From Octopus sinensis (Eukaryota): a stretch of 64,000 nucleotides of DNA. The position numbers were made by a program, and so were the translations under genes. Location of the stretch: assembly GCF_006345805.1 (NCBI RefSeq), contig NW_021834364.1, forward strand, positions 1 through 64,000, in the 5' to 3' direction. The notes under the pieces are model-generated. The model saw nothing but the letters and a program-made list of their open reading frames with translations. It did no database searches and had not been told where the DNA came from. Shown here piece by piece: positions 54,332-64,000 of the stretch; positions within the stretch are counted from its first letter, which is position 1; every line of letters begins with the position of its first letter.

Positions 54332-54749
54332 GGATCTTTTCGGTTTGAACGGCAGTTTTTTTCTAGCGGTGTCATATGAAATTGTCACCCATAATTATGA
54401 CCCTAGAATCGATCTATTGCCTTTCAATCTCTTTTAGGGTTAGGGTTAGGGGTGGGAGAAGGGTATCTTTTTTTCTTCACAAATGTAAATAAACCCAATC
54501 TGTTTCTTAAACGAGGGACATATTCATACGGCACAGAATGATTTTTACCTCAATGGACGTCATCGATTGGTTGAAATTGCAGAAATTGAAGGAAAAAAAA
54601 CAAGAAATATCTTACAAACTATAGAATTTTCTCAATAAAGCCAAAAGAAAAAGATGTTTTATAAACACATTCTACCAGTATACGAAGTTTAAAATTTTTC
54701 AGTTACCTAGAAATTATGTTAAAAACTGCCGTTCAAACCGAAAAGATCC
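54332..54749. mobile_element. MITE family G, second copy, 8-bp TSD
   Basis: Highly similar to 26491-26921; TSD ccaacctt at 54324-54331 and 54750-54757. Confidence 0.95.
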
Positions 54750-55044
54750 CCAACCTTTTCCAAAATCTGGCAATAAAAAGACCTCAGTAGTTTACTGAAT
54801 AAATAATAGTATAAGGTCAAATTGGATAATTGGTGTTTATGGCGGAAGTGTGTGTAAAAAAACAAATAAAACCTATGTATAGCATTTATAAAGAAGAATG
54901 CATTTGCGCGTAAGAACACGTAAAAAATACCAGCGCTTACGTATATACAACACTCATACACGCAGAAATAGAGGTACACATACATACAGACAGACAGACA
55001 GACAGACAGACACACACACACACACACACACACATGTATGTGAT

Positions 55045-55225
55045 AGATCGTTAGCCACTACACACATTTCTTCTCTCCTTGTTTTTTCTCTGTCCCTGTC
55101 TGTAGAAGAGCGTAGGCTCGAAACGTAAAAGACTTTTTCTATTCCTGAGCGTTATACTAATACATCTGCTTGTTTTCTATACCACCTGTCTTCGTCTTTT
55201 GTTTTTTTCGTAAACTCCCCCTATG
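55045..55225 (+). mobile_element. Repeat family P with hammerhead-like motif at 55095-55132
   Basis: cctgt-CTGTAGA-a-gagc(gtag)gctc-GAA-acgt-a-aaaga. Confidence 0.65.
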
Positions 55226-55227
55226 TA

Positions 55228-55302
<75 letters not shown>

Positions 55303-55467
55303 GACACAGGTAAAAACACGCGCGGATTGACATACACTCAGGGATACATGCATGAATGCATACAGACATACATTCCATACATTTGGTCAGAGTTTCTCTC
55401 CCTCTCATTCTCCCCTCTCTCTCTCTCCCTCTCTCTCATTCTCTGCCTATGTATATATCTATATCTA

Positions 55468-55546
<79 letters not shown>

Positions 55547-55549
55547 ATA

Positions 55550-55593
<44 letters not shown>

Positions 55594-57344
55594 TTTCTCC
55601 TTCAATTAGTATATGCATATAGAACTATGTTTGAGAGAGAAAGATGAAAAAGATGAGAAGATGAGGCTGATGAGAGCTGTGATAAGAATGCCCTTAGAAG
55701 ACTTTTTTCCTAGTATTCACACCTAACCATTTTTCCATTCTGAAATCCACACCGTCAATCTCCTTTCTACTGTGGAAACCGTCACCTCCATCACCTCCAC
55801 CATCACCATCATCACACCATCACCATCACCATCACTGACACCAACACCACCATCACCATGGCGACGACGACGACGACGAGGACGACCACCACCACCACCA
55901 TTCACGCTATCATCCACACCAAACGTGATCCTTCACACAGTGCAATGGTGTGAACAAACAGACTTGAGCCATTCAATTCCGGCTCATCTCTAACTTTACC
56001 ATCAATCACCAGTAATTAGACACCCGATGCTTTTACTCGCTGCTCTTCAGAAAATGTATACGAGGCGCGGGAGAAGAGCGGACACCTACTTCCCCATCAT
56101 CCTTCAGATCAACCTCCCCTCCCTTCCTTTCATTCCTTTCACCCACTTCTATTATTCCGTCTCGCTTAGCCTTTTACCTTTCACCTTGACTGACACCATC
56201 CCTTCCCTTCTCTCACTAGCTCTTTTCTCCTCTCACTAACCACTTCTCTTCTGATCTTTCTAGCTCTCTTCCCCTCTCGTTAGTTCATCACTACGGTTCT
56301 CTGTCTGTCTATCTCTCTCATTGTAGCACGTTTCCTTCCACTCCGTGTTTTCTTTTCTCCATTCGATTATCTTAGTCAAGGACGAAGAAATTGTTTCGAG
56401 GAAGCGAAAGAAAGAAGAAATGTAAGGAAAGAGAGGGAGAGAGAGGGAGAATATAGGCAAAGAAAGTAGAATGATAGAGATAGGAGGAGAGAGATACAAA
56501 GGGTCTCAGAAGTAGACGAAGATTGTTCAGTGACGGAGGGAGGAAGAGTAGGATTGAGGAAGTGAGTTAGAGTGAGAGATAGTGTGAGATTCAGAGGGTC
56601 AAAAAAGAGTGAAAACGAGAGGGAGGAGAGGGAGGGAGAAACAGAGTGACTGAGAGAGAAACTGAGAGACCGTGATAGGGAGAAACGAAAAGACATAGAG
56701 TGATATAGAGAGCCAGAAAGAAAGAAAAGAGAGGGGAAGAGAGAGAGAAAGAGATTAAGAGAGGGTGACATAGGGAAAGAACGCTGATGGAGTAAAAGGC
56801 AAGCGCGTAAAAGAAAGAAATTTCCTTCTAAGTAAAGCGGCAAGCAGAGAGTCACGAAGTGGTTGTCTCCGTGCCTAGCAGATGCTCTCCCCTGCAGAGA
56901 GCTCTCTATGCCTCAGGCACACAATGCTATTTCCAGTGCCAACTGCTTCCACTGACAGCGATCGTTCAATTGCATCGTCTAAATTGATTAAATACACACA
57001 GTCAAAAGAATGAACATGAAAACAATATATTAATAAAATAAATAATTAATTAAGCCGTTGCATCGTCTCCCCATTTTGCTTTCACTTTAAATGCATATTT
57101 TCACTCCAATTCACTTATAGAATATGGCGTTACACGCCTTCGTTTCTACATTCTTCTACACTAATGTTCAGTTATGCCAATGGTAAACAACTTTAGAACC
57201 CATTCCTCCAACGTTCGACGTTCATGGACATAAATATCTTTATTGAGTGACTTCTCACATACATATTAACATTGCATACTACATTCAAAATACACACATA
57301 CATATAAACTTGTACACACCTATATATATGCGCATGTATGTCGA

Positions 57345-57383
<39 letters not shown>

Positions 57384-57384
57384 C

Positions 57385-57415
<31 letters not shown>

Positions 57416-57875
57416 ATATATGTATGTATGTATGTATATATATATATAATATAAAATATTTAATCCATAATCGTTTGTCCGACCAAATATCCTATTTCGC
57501 CAGTGGCTCTTACGATGAGATGGAATATATATTTCGTTGGACTAACGATTATGGATTACATATTTTTTTCTATTCGTTCTCAGAGTTATCCTTGCCTACT
57601 TTAATCTAAGTGGTTTGGCATACATTCTTTCGGGAACTTGTTACCCCATGGTGATCGAGTATATATATATTTGATCTGTATTCGTTTCTTAGGTGATTTC
57701 ATCTGAGACCCAATGTCAAAATTGAAGCAATTGTAACGTGATGTTTCAGCATCCATTAAAGCACACGCACATTCACACACGCACGCGCGCTTGAGGACGC
57801 ACGCACGCACCACACACACACACACCACACACACACAAACACTCTTTTCGGCTTTGTTAGTGCTGTTATTGTTCC

Positions 57876-57877
<2 letters not shown>

Positions 57878-57922
<45 letters not shown>

Positions 57923-58495
57923 TATTATTATTATTATTATCATTATTATCATCATCATCATTGAGTGAGAGAGTAGTACATGCCATCAAAGTGACACTGG
58001 GGTAAAATTTACGAAGCCCAGTATACCTATCATGACTACCCGCCTGATAAGGGTACACCAGGCACATGCTTCACAACCATATGTGCACGACATGATCTCT
58101 TATGAAAATAAACAACTCATGACCTTGCAAGTGGGACTCGGTTAGAAATTTCTTCAGGACGAGTAGACCATCCCGCACAAAAAGTAACTGAATGAGGATT
58201 GTTGAACGAAACCCCCATATTTCCAGAGGTGAAGTATCCAGACCCCAAATAATTCATTCCTCTCAACACATTATTACGATGCACATGACTATGATGCTCC
58301 CCTGCTACTTTCGCCCGTGACCAGAGAGGCACGTATCGCCAGCCACTAAGGAACATGCTCAACTAGTTAAGGTCAAACAGCTGATAAGCAAATCTGAGGT
58401 ATTGAGCAGAATGTTTGCTGTAACCCATCTTTTATACCAAGACAAAGCAATGTACATGATAACACTTCCAGTCAGTTAAGATCAGAAGCCATCAC
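57878..58495 (-). mobile_element. Probable retroposon 3' segment with (TGA)n(TAA)n tail
   Basis: Complex non-coding ~530-bp block joined to a tail-like att/atc tract at 57878-57960; 16-bp duplication taagatcagaagccat at the other end. Family not identified. Confidence 0.5.
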
Positions 58496-59209
58496 ATTAT
58501 TCTAAGATCAGAAGCCATTATCATTATTATTTGTAATTATAGCGCATATCTTTAAATATTATAGTTTTTTGACACACATATACAATCCGTAGATAATCTA
58601 CTTGTCAGAGTCGATAATAAAACTAAATGAAATTATATGTGTGTGCGTGAGTGAGTGAGTGAGTTTGTGTGTATGTGTGTATGTGTATGTGTGTGTGTGT
58701 GTGTGGTGTGTGTGTGTGTGTATTCAATTATGAGTTAGAAGCAGCCCTGGTGTTGAAACCGTTATCAACTGGAAAAAAAAATTAGTATTTTGCTTGTTTG
58801 CCAGTACTCTGCGGTTTTATGCGGTGGGAATGACGCCCTCAAAGAGCTGATATTAAAACGCCTAGAAGTCATAGACAGACAAGACAACTCGTCCCTAATT
58901 CCATTCAGAAGTGAATGATAACGATATTTTTGTGACTTATCAACATCACACAATTAAAGTTAAAGCAAAATGCAAAAATATCACAGGTCTCCTTCGTTTC
59001 TACATGGAAACTGTGATATGTGTCAAATGTTCAATAGTTACCGATGACCGGTTTGAAACTAGAGAGAGAACAGATCTAACCAGTTTATTTAAAAAATATA
59101 ATAGTCTTGTTTCGACATTCTTTTAGGATTAACATCGTTTGCTCACACAAAAACTGACCAACTAATTTTAGTAGGTGACTCCTACGAAAGAATCACTCAC
59201 TCACACATA

Positions 59210-59240
<31 letters not shown>

Positions 59241-59474
59241 CAAATATATAAAAGAGTTATTATTGAGGGATTATCAATCGGGCAAAATACTCTATAAGCT
59301 TTCAGTTAGTACACTAAACTAATAATATTATAGGCCAATAGTGTTATATCATAGGCTAATATTATAAGCTAATAGTACACTAGGCTAATAATTCTGTGTA
59401 TTCTTGTGGCAGGGTCCGAGGTTGCAGTTCATCACCATTCTCTATCGTAAATCCGTGGTTGTGGTACACGCACG

Positions 59475-59547
<73 letters not shown>

Positions 59548-59569
59548 ACACACAATGATAGGCTTAATA

Positions 59570-59800
59570 TAATACAGGGATTTAGGAGGCCATTCACACA
59601 GAGAAGAACTCAATAGAACACTTATTACGTACAGGGAATCCTACAATCGACCAAGAATCCGCTGGCTTGACACCATCAAGAGTGATACTAGAATGTACAT
59701 AGCCAATCTGAAAGAAGCGGCCCAGGATAGAACTGACTGGAGGACTCTGATCCAACGAGTAACCGAGAGTCGACTTCGACTGAGCGGATAGATAGATAGC
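59570..59800 (+). mobile_element. RTE/BovB-like LINE 3' end
   Basis: Hand translation from 59648: RPRIRWLDTIKSDTRMYIANLKEAAQDRTDWRTLIQRVTESRLRLSG* (stop 59789-59791), then a gata tail. Confidence 0.8.
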
Positions 59801-60245
59801 GGAGTATACCATATTGCAAGCACCTATGCCATAGCTCCCTTCCTCACATTAGTGTTGGAGGCTCAGAAAAAGGTTATAAGAATTACTCTTTGTTCTATGA
59901 CAAAGGTAATTAAAAACAAAACACAACGAAAGCCAAATGAAATTATATTTATAGGTCGGGTGTCGATAAAAGGTAGCGCGTCATGTTTGAAAGAACAGCC
60001 AAGTATCCGCCAAATCACAACCTACAGCGTCTTAAATGAATAAAATACATAGGATGTTGTTATCCTATCCTAGATATGCTGTCTGAAAATAAGGATGGTT
60101 AAGACTGGATCGTAGTTGATCATGGCAAACTTGTGTTAAACTTAAACAAAATAGCAATAACAACGACGATAAAACGCCATTCAATCATCTTATGATGCAC
60201 ATCAAAGTTGTTATTACACGAAGTTGTTATTATACGAAGATGGTG

Positions 60246-60410
60246 GCTTTTGACAGAATTATTAAAACACCGTGTAATATGTTTTGCGGTATTTCATCTA
60301 GATCTTTTCGATCTGAGTACAAAACCCACAGAGGTCAAGTTTACCTTTTACCCTTCCGGGGTTTATAAAGTAAAATACTAGTTACGTACGAGGTTCGATT
60401 TCATTGACTG
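60246..60410 (+). mobile_element. SINE family A, old copy
   Basis: atgttttgcggtatttc...gaggtcaagtttacc...cccttccgggg. Confidence 0.5.
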
Positions 60411-61218
60411 CCCATATGTACTGGTAAGTAATGGGCAAGCATGGCGTAGTATAACACAACTTTCTGCCCAGCCGTGGAAGTACGATAGCAGGTGACGTGA
60501 CACACCAGCTGAGGTATACTGCTTCTATCTATAGCATCCTATATCGCTCCCGACACACGCACGCAAATATGATTCACTGACATGCACACACACCCTTTTC
60601 TTAAAATGAAAACTCCTATTAAGAAAGGATAACGCAAAAGAAAAAAGTGGAGGTGTTTAGTAATTGTATCTTGGGAGTATACTAATATCTATTGTATTAT
60701 GTAGCCGAAAAGAAACCGCTCTTGCGACCGGAAGTAGAATAATTGGACGGTCATGTTTTGTTTGAAAGAAATAAGATCTAAAATTTGTAGGCGGAGAAGT
60801 CGCGTAAACAATAGAGAGTTGCTTTAAACTATATATAATACTTAGTTTCTTTCCTCTAGCTTTTGGGATAAAGTTCACCGAGGTTAACTTTGCCTTTCAT
60901 ATCATCATTATCGATAAAATAAAATGCTAATATTTATTGGAATCGATTCAAACATGTATCCGTTTCCAATAAAAAAAAACAAACTATTTTCTTAATCAAA
61001 ATAAATCATACCACCAGACAGACATTCACTGGTAAAAATTAATATGGAGAGATTGATTAAATCTATCATATTGCTGAAGAAAGATACAAATTAATGCACT
61101 CATTATTTCTCAATATCTTAATTCTGTTGAACGAAATGTCTGATGTAAGCAGGGTTTTTAACACTCTAGTAATGTTCCCGATTGTCTGTGCCTGCCTGCC
61201 TACTTATCTATCTATCTA

Positions 61219-61339
<121 letters not shown>

Positions 61340-61410
61340 TCATTTGTCTGTCAGTTTCTCTCTTTCCCCTTCTCTCTCTCTGTCTGTCTCTGTCTCTCTC
61401 ACTCTCTCTT

Positions 61411-61475
<65 letters not shown>

Positions 61476-61479
61476 GTGT

Positions 61480-61637
61480 GTGGCTGTGTGGTAAGTAACC
61501 TGCTTACGAACCACATGGTTCCGGGTTCAGTCCCACTGCGTGGCACCTTGGGCAAGTGTCTTCTACTATAGCCTCGGGTCGACCAAAGCCTTGTGAGTGG
61601 ATTTGGTAGACGGAAACTGAAAGAAGACGTCGTATAT

Positions 61638-61680
<43 letters not shown>

Positions 61681-61904
61681 ATGTGTGTGTATATGTTTGT
61701 GTGTCTGTGTTTGTCCCCCAACATCGCTTGACATTCGATGCTTGTGTGTTTACGTACTCGTAACTTAGCGGTTCGGCAAACTTGACCGATAAAATAAGTA
61801 CTAGGCTTACGAAGAATAAGTCCTGGGGTCGATTTACTCGACTAAAGGCGGTGCTCCAGCATGGCCACAGTTAAATGACTGAAACAATTCAAAGAGTAAA
61901 AGAG
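61480..61904 (+). mobile_element. SINE family B, full length
   Basis: A-box-like tggctgtgtgg, B-box-like ggttcagtccc, accttgggcaagt motif, internal (TA)n/(TG)n, ends aaagagtaaaagag. Confidence 0.9.
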
Positions 61905-62250
61905 TATATATATATATATATATATAATTTATCTATCTCTTTCATATTTTGTGTCACTCACTCACATGAAAGCAAATAACACTTCAGGAAGATTCTACTT
62001 AAGTCATATGCTGTAGTAAACCTGTCATTGAGTAAGTGGTAAGTTTTGCGTGAGTTTCTCTGTTAACGACTCTATAGTCACAGCCAACTCACTCCACTCA
62101 CGTTACTAACATGAAATACACTACATATACAACAGAAAACTGTTGGACACCAAGAGATAATGTGCAGATTGCTATATGCAAATATTTATTTCGTTTTTGT
62201 ATATGGTTTGCAAGATGCTTGATGTGAATTCATGCGTCGAAACAAATTAT

Positions 62251-62383
62251 GTCGTGTCTTGGGAGGGTCATTACACCAATAATAAATAACACACGCACAG
62301 GTTGACTTACAAAAAAGAAGTGGAATTGAACCGGTGCGTGTGTTATTATTATCATTGGCGTAATGACGCTCCCAAGACACAAC
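62251..62383. repeat. 133-bp hairpin upstream of the bHLH exon
   Basis: gtcgtgtcttgggagggtcattacaccaat...acacacgcac / gtgcgtgtgt...attggcgtaatgacgctcccaagacacaac. Confidence 0.85.
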
Positions 62384-62472
62384 AAAACGTATTTATTTAT
62401 TTATTTATTTATTCATATCTTTATCTGTTGTTTGCTTCCTCAATTATATTCCTTATTTAATTTCCATTACAG

Positions 62473-62639
62473 GTCGACCAAGGGGGCATCGAAACAGAGA
62501 CGGGACCAGATCAATGCACAGATTAACATGATGCGAGATTTGCTTCCTCTGGCCGAGACAGCGCGTCAGCGACTCTCTCAGCTCCAGATAATGTCTCTTT
62601 CATGTGTTTACATTCGAAAGTGTAACATCATGAGCAGAT
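62473..62639 (+). CDS. NPAS4: Internal exon encoding the bHLH domain of an NPAS4/dysfusion-like bHLH-PAS transcription factor
   Basis: (x)[55 protein letters not shown] matches the STKGASKxRRDxIN...LLPL...RLSxLxIMSLxCxYxRK signature of NPAS4/Dysf. Polypyrimidine tract and tacAG acceptor (62471-62472); GTAAGT donor at 62640; phase 2 in, phase 1 out. Confidence 0.9.
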
Positions 62640-62779
62640 GTAAGTAAACTATCCTAATATTAATTTCCTGCTGCTTTTAGATCCGTTTAAGGCTGAAGAA
62701 AGGAAAATTCTTTGTTGTGTTACTCTACCAACATGCATTCTCAATCTTTGATTGTGACCCTAACATGGATTGTTTAAAA

Positions 62780-62924
62780 TGTCTTCCACCGCCACCACCA
62801 CCACCACATGCACCAAAACCACCACCACCATCACCACCGCTATTATCATCACCTCCAACACCACCACAATCATCTTCATCATCATCATCGTCGTCATCAT
62901 CGTCATCATCATCGTCATCATCAC

Positions 62925-62967
<43 letters not shown>

Positions 62968-62999
62968 GTTGTCATCATTATCGTCGTCATCATCATTAA

Positions 63000-63038
<39 letters not shown>

Positions 63039-63074
63039 TCTTCTTCTTCGTCGTCGTCGTCGTCGTCGTCGTCG

Positions 63075-63108
<34 letters not shown>

Positions 63109-63117
63109 TCTTCTTCT

Positions 63118-63150
<33 letters not shown>

Positions 63151-63175
63151 TCATCATCATCATCATCATCATCTT
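62780..63175. repeat. (CAC)n/(CAT)n/(CTT)n/(CGT)n compound microsatellite, intronic
   Basis: Directly visible; the block (cat)n-t(ctt)n-(cgt)n occurs twice. Confidence 0.95.
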
Positions 63176-63599
63176 TTGAATAGTTTATGTTCTTTTCTAT
63201 TGCAGCTGCAACATTGTCTTTTAGGAAAGTAGAAATGTGTTCGCACGCTACATCAGTTTTGTTTTGATGTAAGATTAGGATTTTGTTGTTCTTGTGCAAT
63301 GTCAGCCGTGTTATTTTCTACACTGTTGTTTGTGTAGACTAGCTTCAGATTAACGCTAACTGAACAAATCTACGACCACAGGCGTTCCAGCCGGGACCGT
63401 CCCGGTTGGAACTCCTTTTTGTATACCTTGGACCCTTGTCCAACGACTCCCACCTTGTTTTTGAAATACTATTGGTTAGGAAATTTAGCTGCTACTTCAG
63501 TCATGTCAATTCACTATGTAGAGGGTTCCTTGATTGCTTTTTGAAATTTGATATAAAGTTTGTGTCACATTCCTTATCATAAACCCAAAACTGGATAAT

Positions 63600-63935
63600 G
63601 AATTCAAAAAGCGCTTTGAGGAAAATAAAATTTGAAAGGAGTTCAGCACCGAAGTCCTTAATCTGTGCATGAAAAATTCCTCGATCTGCTCTGCAGCAAT
63701 TTATCTTAATCTAATGACTCTAACATTGGGACCAACATCGTGCAAGCATAAAGGCCCCTCTAAATAGAAACCTTACCTGCCATTGTGGGTTTTGTGGCAC
63801 GAAGCAAAGCAGGCCTTGCCGTCCACTCAACAAAGCACATAGCGAATGATCCACAAGCACTCAAGCAAACTGAGTCTTCAACTTTTTCCATTTGCCAAAA
63901 GTTTTGCAAGAGACACATTCGTGTCCATGGGACAC
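63600..63935 (+). mobile_element. Possible RTE-clade LINE C-terminal remnant
   Basis: Across a frameshift: KRFEENK...LTCHCGF/VARSKAGLAVHSTKH...SICQKFCKRHIRVH, resembling degenerate C2H2 fingers at RTE ORF ends. Confidence 0.45.
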
Positions 63936-64000
63936 AATTAACGCTTTATTTTGCTAAACCCTCATTTGCCGTTCTCAAAAGAATCCATCTTATATATATA

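Noticed and set aside
56027-56239. ORF containing MYTRRGRRADTYF as a possible first exon
   Set aside because: No similarity to NPAS4/Dysf N-termini that I can recognise, no convincing phase-2 donor, and it runs into a pyrimidine-rich low-complexity tract.
56852-56857. Single TCACGA (NPAS4-ARNT-type site)
   Set aside because: An isolated hexamer is expected by chance many times in 64 kb.
62363-62472. In-frame N-terminal extension [16 protein letters not shown]...FHY of the bHLH ORF
   Set aside because: The ATG lies in a repeat-derived hairpin arm, followed by (TTTA)n and a polypyrimidine tract ending in tacAG; it is best read as intron. The Y-R match to vertebrate MYRSTK is probably a by-product of the acceptor sequence.
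62717-63232. Poly-P/S/I/R/H ORFs just after the bHLH exon as a continuing coding region
   Set aside because: They lie downstream of a consensus GTAAGT donor and consist of trinucleotide repeats.

Overview
Eukaryotic, strongly AT-rich, microsatellite-saturated window. The SINE, MITE and LINE repertoire looks like an octopus/coleoid cephalopod genome (inference, not verified). Almost all ORFs in the supplied track are translations of (TA)n, (CA)n, (TACA)n, (TATC)n, (TAA)n or (CAT)n tracts. Only one host-gene exon is recognisable: a 167-bp internal bHLH exon (62473-62639, +) of an NPAS4/dysfusion-type bHLH-PAS gene. It lacks its own start codon, so an upstream coding exon must exist, and part or all of the preceding ~62 kb may be intronic. 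The rest consists of at least four SINE-type families (with modular 3' tails), mariner-like and 8-bp-TSD MITEs (one nested in another), decayed R4/Dong-, CR1- and RTE-type LINE ends, and about eight fold-back palindromes of 57 bp to 1.4 kb. The most interesting signal, read by eye, is a set of minimal type-I hammerhead-ribozyme-like motifs in putative Penelope-like repeat fragments: 6 loci with stem I at least partly present, plus a truncated mirror copy. They have short self-complementary stems III and four different catalytic-core versions, including a compensatory G3-C8 swap (14243-14293) and an A6U family. Ribozyme activity and all family names are unverified; repeat boundaries are approximate unless a TSD or TIR is quoted.
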